Positions 1-17,058 of a stretch of DNA of 64,000 nucleotides are shown in pieces. The stretch's first letter is position 1. Each line of letters begins with the position of its first letter. Position numbers and translations under genes: made by a program. The DNA is from the human T2T-CHM13v2.0 reference genome, Homo sapiens: assembly GCF_009914755.1 (NCBI RefSeq), contig NC_060930.1; one strand, 5' to 3'. The notes below the pieces were generated by a model that had not been told where the DNA came from, did no database searches, and worked only from the letters and a program-made list of their open reading frames with translations.

Positions 1-378
1 CCAGGACGCTCCTGAAGAATACCAACAATGATAGGGGAGCTCACCCTACCAGACATCAAATTGATGCAGGCCCAGACAGATCAATAAAACAAATGCCTCA
101 GAAACAGACCCAAGCACATTAGATATTTAACACACGATAGATGCGATGTAGCAACTGCTAACAGAAAAGGAAGGATCATTCGGTAAGTGACACCGGTGTA
201 ATTAGATATCCATAGGAGAAAACAGTAGGTCCTTATCTCATGCCATAACCAAAAAAACTCTAAGCAAATTAACAATAAGTGAAAAGCAAAATTTTAAAAT
301 TTTTATAAGCAAATATCTATGACTTCCATGGTAGGGAAGAATTTCCTAAAGATGTAAAAGCAGAGCTATATAAGAAAA

Positions 379-703
379 GACAGACAGACAGACACACACA
401 CATATATGTATATATGTATGTATATACATCTTTCTAAAATATATGTATCTATGTATGTCTTTTCTTATATAGCTTTGCTTTGGGGACAAAATATATATAT
501 ATGTGTGTGTATATATATGTGTGTATATATATGTGTGTATATATATGTATATATATACATGTGTATATATGTGTGTATATATATGTATATATATACATGT
601 GTATATGTATATGTGTGTATATATGTGTGTATATATATGTGTATATATGTGTGCATATATGTGTGTGTGTGTATATATATATGTATATATACATATATAT
701 ATA
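379..703. repeat. Compound (GACA)n/(CA)n/(TA)n-(TATG)n simple repeat
   Basis: Directly visible; explains the I/Y/V/C-rich ORFs at 406-890. Confidence 0.95.
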
Positions 704-716
704 TTTTTTTGATCTT

Positions 717-852
717 GGCTGGGAACAGTGGCTCATGCCTGTAATTCCAGTGCTTTGGGAAGCCAAAACAGGTGGACTGCCAGAGGCCAGGAGTTCAAGA
801 TCAGCCTGGGCAACAGAGCAAGACGCCCTCCTCAACAACAATAACAACAAAA
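717..852 (+). mobile_element. FLAM / Alu left monomer with (AAC)n tail
   Basis: GGCTGGG...CCTGTAATTCCAG...CAGCCTGGGCAACA; a single monomer. Confidence 0.8.
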
Positions 853-1573
853 ACTACTGTACTTTATTAAAATTTTTAATTTCTGTATAATAAAACATTA
901 TAAATGTTTGTAAGTCACAGACTAAGAGAAAGTATTTGAAATTTATAGTGTTCAGAATACAGATGAAATTCCTGTACATCAATAATCATAAGATAAATAG
1001 CTAATAGAATATATAAGGCAACTCACATAAGAGAAATCCAAATAAACCATAATATAAACTATGCTCCACCACAGTACAAAGTAGGAATATGCAAATTAGA
1101 ACATTACATATAATTTCATACACATGAAATGAACAATTAAAAAAAAAACCTAACAGAACCTGATATTGGAGGATATCTGCAGCTATAGGAACTTTCAGAT
1201 ACTGCTAGTGAGAGAGGAAATCTGTACAAGCATTTGTAGCATAATTTGGCAATATACAGTAGAGCTGAAGCTGTGTAAAACCTCATGACCCTCTAGGTCT
1301 CTAAGAACATATCCTAGAGCACAGCGTACATACATACTTACACGGGCGATAGGTATAAAAATGTTCATTATGGTATTATGTGTAATGTCAAGAAATGAAA
1401 AAAATAATAAAAATCAACATGTGAACGAAAAAATAAACTGTGATAATTCTGATAATGGAATACGAGATTGAATCCCAAAATGGAATAAAAAATAATCAAG
1501 TCACAGAAAATTTGTACAGTATAATGCTATTTGTATAAAATCTTGAAAAGACTACTCCTATCATTTACTCTGA

Positions 1574-1604
<31 letters not shown>

Positions 1605-1608
1605 TGTG
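1574..1608. repeat. (TG)n microsatellite
   Basis: Directly visible. Confidence 0.95.
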
Positions 1609-3745
1609 GTGTATTTATCTGCAATGTAAGGATAAAATATGTATGGAAATAATGATGACGAAAGTTTAAGATAGTACAACTCATAGAAGGGAAAGAAAGG
1701 GGATAGAAGAGGGCTCCAAACATATCAACAATATTTTATTTCTTTAAAAAAGATATAAAAATATGGCAATATATTAAAATTGAACAGAGCTGAGTGGTGG
1801 GTAAAAAAATTTAGGGATGCTTATCTTTCTAAAATGTATCTTGCCTCTCTGTGTTCTTAAGAGCTCAAAGGACATTCTAACCCTCTTCTGAATGATTCAG
1901 GGGCAACATTACAAACACCAATGATTACTGGAATAATCCTGGGGCTAGGTAGGCAGGCAGGGGGCCCCACTGCTCAACAGTAAAAGACACAGTGCTTTCT
2001 GAGCTGGTTTGCAGCTGCTGGGTTTGCTCTTTCCCGCTTCACTGCAATGCACACACATAGTCTAATCACTTCTTTTCCTTTGCTGCTTGTAGCCTGCCGT
2101 GGATGAAAACCATATAATTTACCTTATTAGAGCTTTGCCTTAAGGAAGATTAAAAAATAGGTTCTGTGTGAGATATGGAAGAAACTTCCTATGGGCAAAG
2201 TTATAGATTGTACTCAAAGCCAACCTTTCATCTCATACCTCTTCCCCATGACCTTTTTATTTTAAACTGTCTGGCTCTTGTCTGTTTGGAGAGTTGAAAT
2301 TATTGGGATGCCGTACTCAAGATAAGTGATGAGTTACTATAGCATGTAAGACAAAATATAATCTTTCTTACTAAAATGTAAAACCAAGACACATATACTC
2401 TCATACAGCTACAAAAAATGACAGAAGTAGAGATTTAAGTTAAAGAATAAGCTTATGGATCAAGTGGTCAAAAATATTTCTAGTTCTTCATAAAGTAAAA
2501 AAGGAGCTTAATCTTACTACTGGCAGAAAATTCAAAAATTCAAAATGCATTGCAAATTTTAATATCCAACTGGCACAATTCAAAAAAGATCTTATTTAAG
2601 TATTTAAGTATATTTCACTTAGAACACATCCAGAAACGTCAGGGGAATATGTGTCCCAATCCATTAACCTGACCCATTCAATTCAATCTTTGTAGCATAT
2701 ATCCCCAGGCTGTAGAGATGAAAACATGCGAATCATATATTTCAATTTAGAAAAAAGCAGCACACATAGCTGTCCCTAACTCATTAAGGAAAAATTCAAA
2801 TCACAGACCAGAAAGCTCTACAAAAGATTTCATTCAAAGCTAGCATAAAACTGAAATGTTCTATCAACCTCAAATATACATTACTGTTTCTGTGATAGAT
2901 GTACTATTGGGAAAGCTATAAAAATTCAACATCCATTACAAGATAGATGATTTTAGCAACAAAAGGTCAGGAAACCAAACTAGTTAATTTTTCTTTAAAA
3001 GGAAACCTCTAACCCTTGAGCTTTTAAAAAGCATTTTGATGGAGTATGAGAAAAACAAGGGGTCAAAGAATTTACAAGGACAGTGGTTTTTTTTTTCTTA
3101 TTAATCTAAAATAATTTTAAGTACAAGGAGAAAAATTAGGCTTACACTTGAGAAGCTACACAGCCATATATCAGGGACAATGAGAACTATGTAAGGTAAT
3201 TAATGGAGAGGGTGACTCCCTCCCTGCTTGGGATGTGCTCATCAACAGCCAGGGTCCTCTGGAGATGGTGGGAGAAAAAGAGGCTGATGCTGGACCCAGA
3301 AAGAAAAGAACACAGGGCCAGCAGCATCGAGAACTTGCACATCATGACTTTAGCAGAAAACACACTACCTGTACTCAAGTTCAGCCTTCCCTGTAACTAC
3401 TCCATGACCTTCTGGAAGGCATTAAACCTTTTGAGCCTCAGTTCATCATTTATATTAATAAAATGAGGTTAGATGGGATTAGTTCTCACTTACTGCTTAA
3501 CAGTCTGATTATATTTTATGAACTGTAACTTCATATTGTCTATATGTCCCTTAATGCATATGAGCTGAATTCTTACACTTAGATCCTGTAGTGCTAGAGA
3601 CAGGAATAAGACGACGGTGCTCATTTATTTCTGTTTTGTAATTAACAAAGCCAATCAAAGTAAATGTTAAAAAGAGCTTCCTGTGGCTAAAATACAAAAT
3701 TACATATACAGCCATGTCAAGAGTAAATGGCATATAAGAAAATGC

Positions 3746-4124
3746 TGCTATATGAAATGGTGCGAATTACTGTCCCTGCCCAAATCTCGCCAAATTGTAA
3801 TCCCCAATGTTGGAGGAGGGGCCTGGTGAAAGGTGATTGGATCAAGGGGGCAGATTTCCCTCTTGCACGACAGTGAGTGAGTTCTCATGAGAACTGCTTG
3901 TTGTAAAGTGTGTAGCACCTCCCCACTCTCTTCCTACTGCTCCAGCCACATAAACCATGCCTGCTTCCCCTTTGCCTTCTGCCATGATTATAAGTTTCCT
4001 GAGGCTTCCCCAGCCATGCTTCCTGTAGAGTTGCAGAAATGTGAGCCAATTAAACCTTTTTTTTAAAATAAATTACCCAGTCTCAGGTATCTCTTTATAG
4101 CAGTGCATAGAATGGACTAACATA
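3746..4124 (+). mobile_element. MST-type MaLR solo LTR
   Basis: CCCAAATCTC...TGTAATCCCCAATGTTGGAGG...AAATTACCCAGTCTCAGG...GGACTAA. Confidence 0.85.
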
Positions 4125-4126
4125 GG

Positions 4127-4514
<388 letters not shown>

Positions 4515-4836
4515 TTACCTAGACTTCTAAGGCATTCCATAAATTATAGACTCTATATAAACTCTTCTCAATATTCATGCTAAAATTGAACTAAAATCAA
4601 CTTTTTTTGTTAAAGAAAAAGAATTGCATATGGTGAAGTCGAAGCAACACTATTATTAATAACCACAACTGACATGCTGAGTCACCGAAAATATTACTCC
4701 ACCTCTTCTTAAGCCTCTGTTTCTTTGTGTTTCCCCCCACACAAATAGAGTACATAGTATTTTGTATCTCTATTGTGTTATTCAAGAGCAGAAATACCAA
4801 AATAATCATGTCGGCTGAGAAAAATAAATCCACAGA

Positions 4837-5377
4837 TGTGGTTTAATAAGAAATATATTTGGACTTTGTCGCTGGCTCCTAAAGCCCTTGAAATTTCCTG
4901 AGTAATCGGCATGTCTTGCTTTAAATTCACAAGTCCCCCAGAGTTTACAGTAATGAGATAACTTAGGATGAGGCCTCTAGGTAGCTCAAGATGGGGCTGG
5001 TCACTGAGACCAATTGATTACCCATTACTCAAGTGTAGGTAAGGTGTTTCCCTGAGTTTTTGAGCCATTCTGAAAAATGATTCAATCTGAGGAGGGGGAC
5101 ATGGAACCCTCTGATTTATTTTATAGCTGGTCGCTCAGAACTCCTAGAGGCCCAGATTTGTGACTGTCATCTGAAGTGAGGCGCAGTCTTGTGGGACTTG
5201 GCCCTTAACTTGTGGGATCTAACACTAAAAACATGTGGACAGTGTCAGAATTGAATGAAACTGCAGGATACCCAGCTGGTGTTCGGAGAATTGGAGATTG
5301 CTTGGTGTGGAAAAAACCCACACATCTGGTGTCAGAAGTTGTATAAGTGCAGAGGAAACAAGAATGGTTTCTGTCAG
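4837..5377. mobile_element. MER21-like ERV LTR
   Basis: TGTGGTTTAATAAGAAATATATTTGG...GGATACCCAGCTGGTGT...CACATCTGGTGTCAGAAG. Confidence 0.65.
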
Positions 5378-5604
5378 AACCAACATATCCAAAGGTTGAG
5401 AAAAACAACAAAGAAAACTCAGCATGGGCCCAATTCAAACCAACCCAAGAGAATTAGCAGGTTCATGAAGAGGAAATGACAAAGACCTTAAGAAAAGTGG
5501 TGATATCATCTCAGGGTTCCTAACAAACATGCAACGGTCCTACGTTTTTATGATGGGAAGTTCCAAGACTCCTGAGAGAAAGATTTTATGGCCAAATCAT
5601 CTAA

Positions 5605-5835
5605 AGGAAAGTTTTCCAACCTTGGCATGACTGACATCTTGGGCTGATTAATGTTGGGTGGTTCTTCGCTGTGGGAGGCTCTGCTGTGCACTGAAGAATG
5701 CTTCCCAGCATCCCTAACCTTCTATCCACTAGAGACCAGAGCCCCCTCCCTGGTGTGACAACCAAAAACATGTCAGACATTGCCAAATGCCCCTGAGGAG
5801 CAGATAAGGCAAAAGTGCCCTTGTTGGAAATGATT
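5605..5835. mobile_element. MER20 (hAT-Charlie)
   Basis: GTGACAACCAAAAACATGTCAGACATTGCCAAATGCCCC. Confidence 0.8.
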
Positions 5836-6853
5836 CCCCTAAACAGAAACAAGGGTAAAAAGAGAGGGATAGATCTAAGAAATGAAATTCTTATGATACA
5901 CTCAAATTATCTGAGAGGAAGGCATTTAAAGAATTAAGCTTATGTAGTAGTAGAGTCTATTGATTTCAAACAAATTCTGGCATTAAAAAGTTTTGTTCTG
6001 AAACAAGTATAAAGCTGAATAAGTCATAGGAAACAAGAGTTTGCATAAACAGGACAACAGGTGGAGCAGGACTGTCATTACTGAAATGGAAAGGAGATGA
6101 GCCTTAGATGCCCGGCCTGAAGAGGACTGGAGGCCCTTCTCAGGCTGCAGCAGAGGCAGGGGGCAGCTCAAACTGAGCCTAGAGGTCTCCTGGGCTCAGG
6201 GAGCCAGACCTGGAGATCTGGGAGGCCTCGGCAGGCAGAATTTGTGGGGCAGACTACCAGAGACATGGAAAACGCACACACGCGGTGCTCACACGTGTGC
6301 AGGAGCAGCGGGTGGGGGAGACAGGAACAGGAGAGGGAGAGAGAATGTGAGGCAGAGCTCCTGAGGTAGCAAAAGGGTCCCAAGGGTCCCCCAAGTCCCC
6401 TGCTGAGCACTGATCTGCAGGTGCCTGAGGCTTGGGAGCCTGAACTAGAACCAGGGGAAGGCAGGAGCAACTGGGGCTCACATGGCTCAAGAGGCCTTGT
6501 AACATGCAGGGCGTTGGGTGCCTTCCTCAGAAAGGGCATGATGTAGTACTGGGGCTCAACGAGCCCCAAATTAAAAGCTACCCTGGATCCACCAGAACAA
6601 TAAAAGCCTCAAGCAATCTTATCTATGTGTCACAACAAACCCAACACTCAACCCAATACCACAAAATCCAGCCCTCATCAGCATTAAAAAAAATAAAACT
6701 CTCACAATACCTGATGTTTTGTCAGAAATTATCAGGCTTTCAAAGAAACAGAAAAATGCAACCTATAGCAAGAAGGGGAAATCAATCACTAAAAGAGTAC
6801 AGAAATGATAGAGGTAATGAAATTAGCAGGCAAGGATCTTAAAACAGCTACTT

Positions 6854-7159
6854 ATTTGTTCAATTTTTTGAGACAGGGTCTTGCTCTGCCGCCCAGGCTG
6901 GAGTGCAGTGACATGATCACGGCTCACTGTAATTTGATCTCCTGGGCTCAGGTGATCCTCCCACCTCAGCCTCCTGAGTAGTCGAGACCACAGGCATGCA
7001 GCACCGGACCTGGCTAATTTTTTATTTATTTTTTGTAGAGACAAGGTAACATAGGGAGCTATGTTACCCAGGCTGGTCTCGAACTCTGGGCTCAAGCAAT
7101 CCTCCCACCTTAGCCTCCCAAAGTGTTGAGATTACAGGTGTGAGCCAGCACGCCTGGCC
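6854..7159 (-). mobile_element. AluJ
   Basis: Diverged antisense Alu; TSD AAAACA(G/T)CTACTT at 6841 and 7160. Confidence 0.88.
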
Positions 7160-8139
7160 AAAACATCTACTTTAAATATCATACATACATACATACATAG
7201 AAAAATGCCAAGGAAGGCATGAATGTAATGAGGACAGAAAGAGAAGATCCAAAGACCCAAATGGAATTTAGAGATAATTTTTTTTCATAATAGTTAACCA
7301 AATATCCATGCATTTACTTAATTCTTTCCTTCACTGCTGATTTTTGATCTGACCATTATCAGATACTGCTAAGGTGTCTGCATCGGGCTTTCTAGTCTAG
7401 TAATTGCTCTGTCACGTGCTGCTTCTCATACTGCTTTAATTATTAAAGCTTCACCATACATTTTAGCATATGACAAGGAAGTCTTTTCTCATCACTCTCC
7501 CTTTTCAACATTTCTTATGTATTGTTGCAGGTCTATTCCTCCAGATGATCCTTAGAACTGCGTATTTCAAGATAAGTTCTTTGAGGATTATAATTAGATA
7601 TACAGAATTCTTGGAAAAATCAGCTTCTTTAAAATAATCATTTTTCCTTCTGGGGCTATGATATTTTTCTGGATTTATCTCAGTGACCTTGAGATTCTCA
7701 GTTAGGTTTTGTAGTTATTTTTATATATGTCTCTCATTTTTTCTTAGGTTTTCAAAATAATTATTTATCTCCAAATAATATTTTTGTACTTCTCATTCCA
7801 ATAATGGTATATTTCCCTTGATTCACTCCCTGTTATATTTAGTTTTCTATTTATTTATCATGAATTCAATCTTAAACTCTCCTGAGTTTTTGCAACTTTT
7901 TTTTGACTCTATGCAAACTTGACAGTAGTTTTATCAAATTCCCCTTTTAATTGGCTCCAATCTGGACTGGTTGTTCTTCCTGAGGACTCCTTTCTCTCTG
8001 TCCTGTAGGGAGCCCTCTGCTTCCTGGATTTCATGTCATTTTTTTCTTGATGTTTCTAATCAGACCAATGCTTATATGATGTATCTAACCAGACCAATGC
8101 TGACAGAGGTGCTGACAGGGATCAACGAGGGCTGACTTG

Positions 8140-9620
<1,481 letters not shown>

Positions 9621-9670
9621 TACATGGGGATTCAGGAGTGCCCTTTATTAAGTCATCCATGTACATTATA

Positions 9671-10014
9671 CAGTTATCCGTCAGTATCTGTGGGTTCCAT
9701 ATCCATGGATCCAACCAATCCCAGATCAAAAATATTCAGGGAATAAAAAAGGATGGTTGCATCTGTACTGAACATGTACAGATTTTTCCCTTATCATTAT
9801 TCCTCAAATAATACAGTGTAACAACTATTTATAAAACATTTATACTGTCTTAGGTATTACAAATAATGTAGAGATGATTTAAAGTATATGGGATGATATG
9901 CACAGGTTATATGCAAATACTACACTGTTTGACATCAGGGACTTGAGCACTTGTAGATTTTGGTATTTGTGGGGGTTCTGGAATCAATCCCCTATGGATA
10001 CCAAGGGATGGCTG
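9671..10014. mobile_element. MER2 (TcMar-Tigger MITE)
   Basis: TA-flanked, with terminal inverted repeats CAGTTATCC / GGGATGGCTG. Confidence 0.8.
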
Positions 10015-10233
10015 TATACTCTTGTACTTATATGTCATAATAAAATTTTTTTAAAAAACCACTTAAGAGTCTGCACATCCGTCCTTATACCTTTGCAGCT
10101 CAAGCACCACCCCTGCTTACCCTGGAGGGTTTACTTTCTAGAGTGAACCCAGAACACTTCTGCCATGGGAATGCAGGCATAGCAGACTTCACTGAGGTGA
10201 GGGAGGAAGTACAATTTATATACTGAATAATGA

Positions 10234-10599
<366 letters not shown>

Positions 10600-10956
10600 A
10601 ATTATCATATTCTTTAACTGCCATGCCATTAAGCCTAAAGGATCAATTTTAAGGTATCACGTGCCAATCCTGGGTATGGCCAACAGGGCATCACTTTTGT
10701 CTTTCTCCAGTGGCATCGATGGCTGTTGCATCCCTGTGTTTACCACACTACCTCCTTGGCTAACATACATCATTCATGTTTTCCCAGAAGCCCACAGCAG
10801 TTACATCTGTCATCATCATCAAAGTTTTAACTTTTGGCTGAGCTGCTGCTGGGTTCTTGTGTGTGTAATAAGATATTAACTTAGAAAACACAGACTGTGG
10901 TAAAAATGCAGTATTATTATTTTGCTTTGGAATTTGAACATGTGATAAAATAGTCA

Positions 10957-11163
<207 letters not shown>

Positions 11164-12370
11164 TCAATATATTCTGAATACAATTTCAGTGACGAGTAAA
11201 ATCAGACTGGATATTAATAGCATCAAAGAAAAATATATAAATAGACATGGCTAAATTTTTTTTTTCACTTATTATTCAAAAGCAATGTTTTCTCACAATC
11301 TGCTTTGGATTATTGAGGAAAAAATTATACTTAATTACTGCTCAGTTACTCAGAGAAAAGTCCTTGAATTTCTGGCCTAGGAAATACAGGAAAAAGAGTT
11401 GGCTTGAGGAAAAAGAGAATTCATTTTGGACATGATGAGGTTAAAGTGCCTATGGAACACCTAGATGAAGCTGTCAGAGGTCAGATGCCCAGGAAGGGGG
11501 TACAGGCAGCATATAAAGATGTGAATGTCTGCAATACGTAGGTGGTAAGTGAAACCATAGGAATGGAGTAATCTGGCAAATTTGCCCAAAAAGAAAAACC
11601 CCAGAAACAACAATCTGTACAAAGTGGGTAGAAAAACAACCACCAGCTAAGAATAGTTAGAAAAAGTTCACAAATGTAAAAGGAAAAACAGGAGGGGCTG
11701 GTATCAGGGAGAAAAAGAGCAAGAGAAATCCTCCGGAAGACTATGGATTACAGTTAAATGAATTTGGGAGAACTCAGTCAGATAAGGTTTGAAACAGGTA
11801 ATGAGGAAGGCATTGTGGTTCCAGTGTGGCTGGGCTGGGGCAGAAACCTGAAGACTGCATGCTAAGAACAGGAGGGCCTGTCAGCTGGCAGAGACTGCAA
11901 GTGCGGCCCAACTGAAGGAGTCTGGTCATGGGGGAGGCCAGAGACATGGGGGCAGCCAGATGTGGAGGCACCTAAGCCCTCCTCCGTTTGTTCTGAGAGT
12001 CTGTTATAGGAAGAAACATACCCTATTTATCTATGCATTCTGAAGGGCTGCACACAGCAGGTACCCAATAAACACTGTCTGTGAATGAAGACTGCCTTGG
12101 TTGGTCATTGAATGTGAAGAATAATAGAAAAAGTTAAAACAATGGCTTGGGCATGGCTTAGTTTACTAAAGCACTTCTTTTTTTCCACTATTTGGAACAA
12201 ATAACAATTGATAGTTTACCCTATCCTTATATGGTATCACAAAAAATGGTTAGTTTATTTGCACAGAATACAAAACATTTGGAAATGAGACAAATGAATT
12301 AGAACTAAAAAAAGTAACTAGATTTTATAATTTGGAAGCAAGTAGCAAGAGAAAATTATAATACACATTA

Positions 12371-12607
<237 letters not shown>

Positions 12608-14775
12608 CTAGTTTATAAAAAGATCAGTAAAATGAGCTCATATACTTATGCGAGTAACAAAACTAAACTTTTTAAACCTGTGCATTTAAAAAATCAGTTA
12701 AAAAAGTCAGAGACCAGGGGTGATCATTAATGAACAAATACTGCATCACGTCTATTGCAACAGACAATGGTGGCGTTTCATTTTAACACCTATGAATGAT
12801 TAGGGATAGTAACAGACAGTACAACACTAGCTTACAATTTTACAAATATATTAGTGTAATTTTGACCTTCAGGATGACTTCTATTTCTATATAGATTTAG
12901 CAATAAACTCACTCCTATCAATAAGTTTTTAAATTAGAGACTAAGGACATTATCATGAAATACAGAGAATTAATCAGGAGTCAACCATATGAAAGATAAG
13001 CTTAATTTAACTAAATCTTTATAGCCTAAATATATATACAAAGGATTCTATATATCATCAAGATCTTTAACTTAATATATGCGTAGATTTAGCCAAGTAG
13101 AAAGTCACCTGTCGATGCCAGTCTCCACTTGGCACTCCGAGATACTCCTCTGACCAGAGCATCCCTAATCTTAATATTTGTTGATCCATACCCCTTATCG
13201 ACCTAATGAATTACCCTGGATGTTTAACAATAGCTACTTCCCAACCTATTTCCACGTACTAATCATTTGCTTTCTTTCCTTTTCCTTCTCTTTGTGAGCA
13301 AAAAGGGGAAAAAAAGCACTTTTTCCCTTGTAGTCTTTTTCTTCTTCATTCCACCTACTCTACCACCACACTCTCACAGTACTGAAGAGTTGGCACTTAA
13401 TTCAAAAAACTTTATAGCTAAGTTATCTATAAATTCATATTGTGTTAAGTGCCCCATGCCCAACACAAAACTGATTCTTGAAGTCCTTAGTTAAATATTA
13501 AAAAAGTCTCTGAGCTTATAAATTTACTTAAAAGGCAGGAGTGAATGTATCAACGAGAAGAAACATCACTGCTAAGGTAGATTTCAAGGGAAGAAGTGAC
13601 TCTCTTCCCACATTAAGTCAGAGCTCGGAGAACCTTGGCTTCAACTCAGTTGCCAAGATTCTAGAATGTGCCCAGCACTTTATAGGGATGGTGAACAGGC
13701 TCAAAGGGAACATTTGCCCTGAGCCTACCTTGGTCCTAATTCTCTAGGTCCATTAAAGCTGATTTTTTTTCTCCTAACACCTCTCCTTGCCCAACTCATA
13801 CAACCAAGAGGGAGGATAAACAAGATGATCACAGAAGCCAGAGAGGAGACACTGGACCAAGAAACATGGCTTGTGGATTAGTCCACCTTTGTGTCAACAC
13901 TGTACTGTGCGTCTGCCTCTTTACAGCACTTACAAACTGTATCTCAATTTCCCCTGCAAGGACATATGCTCCTTAAGGGCAGGACCCATTTCCTATCTAC
14001 CTTTATAGCCCCTGTAGCTACAGCAATGCATGGTGAGTGTTTAATACATATTTAAGAAGTGCATGAATAAGTGAATGACCAAATGGCATTCAGGTCTCTG
14101 TAAAGCTGGAAACTTTCTCTTTTAGCCTGGGAGATGTTGGCTTCCCAAATTTGTAGGGTCTAGAAACTTGCAAAGATTTACTTCACAAGTCAATCAGGCA
14201 GATTTATACAAATAATCTTCCAGAAATAAATAGCTGAAACGCCTCTATTGGTAAGAGGCTAAACATACTTTTAAGTCTGGAAATCATCTAGTTTGATATG
14301 TTTAGCCATGGTAGTTTAGCAAAAATAATTGCATGCCTCTGATACTAATGTACTTATAGATTATTTTAAATTACCACTAGTTAGTAAAACTTGATCTGGT
14401 GAGTTCCAGGCAATAAATCTTGGAAAATATAACGATTTCAATATACTAAAAATTTAAAAAGAGACAGCTCTCTATGCGGCATGCTCTTAATGTATAAAAC
14501 CACATATTTAATCACAGTACTTATCATCAATGGAAAACGCTAAAATTTTTTCTATAATTATGTTCACAAAGTTAAAACAAATTAGCACGCCAAAAACAAA
14601 GAGGCAGAACTAATAGCTTAAGTCTCATGATGTCAATATATAGAAAGTATTTAATAATTAGTAGTTAGGACTAAAACACAACAGAACAATGTAAATTTGG
14701 CTGTTTGACGTTAACTTAATTTGAAGTGTTAACTTTTCCCACCCTGACAGGTACAACTGTATATCTAAAAGCTAA

Positions 14776-15125
<350 letters not shown>

Positions 15126-16784
15126 TCCTTTCCTAGGTTTAAAACTACATTTCTTTTGGATTCCCATTCACTTTTCAATCTCAGTCAATGACAAACCAAA
15201 TCCTCCCCACACTTTAAAAGGTACACCTCCTTCTTGACAATTTGTAGCTTGATCTACTTTGCAACTCCCCACTGCAGAAGGAATGAACGCTCATGTTAAC
15301 AGATTTATGTGAAGTCCTTAAAGCAATTATGGGGAAACAGTGCTAGACAGACTAAATTGATATTATGATTATAGACAGTACCCTTTTAAACACTTCAAAT
15401 GATATTAGGCAATAACACATGAAGACCTTCTAGCCAACCAGTAGCAGAAATGTTTTCACTACCATAATGATACATGGGGTATGGTGGAGGGGGTGGGAAA
15501 ATCACTATTATATGCATTCGAGAATAACAATGGAGCATTACACTTCAAAACCCTGGAGGTGTTTTCACAGAATGTGCTTAAAGGCACAGCCAATCACAAA
15601 TGCAGGCACCAGATTACAGCCAAATGAGTATTTTTACAGACACTCTCAAACTCTTCTTTCATTTTTATTTTAGTGTTCAATTCTATATTCTTCCAAAATG
15701 AGATGTATGCCAGTTTAGAGTAAAAGGCATCATTACATAAGGCTATAAAAGAAGAAACCGAAAATCAAACCATGAAGAGGGGAAGCATATATGTAAAACA
15801 CAAGAGCTAACAATCCTAACAATCATGACAGCTAGCTCTCGTGATTTACATAATGAAATATATAATTTTTGCTTTTCAATAGTAGTTGTACCAAGACTCC
15901 AAGAGATAATTTTTTTTTCCCTGGTATTATGCTTTGTAAAGGGTACATGAAACAATGTAATAAACAATGCCTTTAATACAAGTTAAAACACAAATGTAGA
16001 AGCATTCTTTCTGTGGCCATTTAAAAAAAAATCTCTTCTCTAACCAAAGTCTTAGTGAAAGCTCCTCTGCAGGGGGCAAGTAATTGTGGTTTGGCTAGGC
16101 AGCTTTTTGTTGATTTTACTGGATGAGGAAAGAATTTAGGCAATTCTTAGAACTTACACAAAATTATCGATTCCTTAAGAAGAAATACTACATTGAATAC
16201 CCATTTTGCATATTTTATGTCACCTTCTCATGTAAGGGGTTCATGGCAGCCAACACTGTAGTTACGTTAATTATCTTCTTCCTGATTTGCCACATAGTAG
16301 GGCCCAAATGCTGTTGAAATAAATATTTGTAACAGGGCTGGGCAAAACTGTTAAGCAAACTGTATGAGAAGGAAAGAATCTATAGTATAAAATATAGTAG
16401 GTGAAAGATAAAATTTGTATTCTTATATATAACACATATAAAAGACTACTGCTATTTATTCATTAAAAAATTAAGATGTTACAGCAGACTTTTCAGACTT
16501 TTAGAGGGAAGGTTACAGCATGATGTCAAAATGTCAATTAGCTTGCTTTATTTTTTTTTAGTATGTAAAATAACTTGAATTGTATTAAAAATGTACGTTT
16601 TCAGACTTTCTCAGTATTTTAAATTTATGAACAGAGCAAAAACAAACAGAAATCACATAACCACTCGTATCTTAAATGATACTACAAATATCTAAAATTA
16701 TTTTTATAGGAATTTTAAGTTTGTTGGATATTTCAATGTCATTATCAAATCTTTCACTCTCTTTTTTAAATTTGACATTAGATT

Positions 16785-17058
16785 TGTATTAGTCCGTTCT
16801 CATGCTGCTAATAAAGACATACCTGAGACTGGGTAATTTATAAAGGAGAGATGTTTAATTGACTCACAGTTCAGCATGGCTGGGGAGGCCTCAGGAAACT
16901 TACAGTCATGGTGGAAGGGGAAGTAAACACGTCCTTCTTCATATGGTGGCAGCAAGGAAAAGTGCCAAGCAAAAGGGAGAAATGCCCCTTATAAAACCAT
17001 CAGATCTCGTGAGAGCTCACTGATGAGATTTGAGTAGGGACATAGCCAAACCATATCA
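16785..17058 (-). mobile_element. THE1-type MaLR solo LTR (internally deleted)
   Basis: TGTATTAGTCCGTTCTCATGCTGCTAATAAAGAC...CCAAACCATATCA. Confidence 0.85.

Larger units (their letters stand above)
1..1800 (+). mobile_element. Old L1M (L1ME-like) 3' fragments interrupted by microsatellites and a FLAM
   Basis: A-rich degenerate similarity to the L1 ORF2 end and 3'UTR (e.g. CTACCAGACATCAAA). Confidence 0.5.

Noticed and set aside
406-890. Several overlapping ORFs of 63-136 aa rich in Y/I/V/C/H/T
   Set aside because: Translations of a TA/TG microsatellite plus a FLAM.
6168-6842. Cluster of 83-133-aa ORFs
   Set aside because: GC-richer sequence resembling a decayed L1M 5' region, with no protein similarity recognised.
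16066-16079. CTCF-like motif TCTGCAGGGGGCAA
   Set aside because: Only a partial match to the consensus; not supportable without ChIP data.
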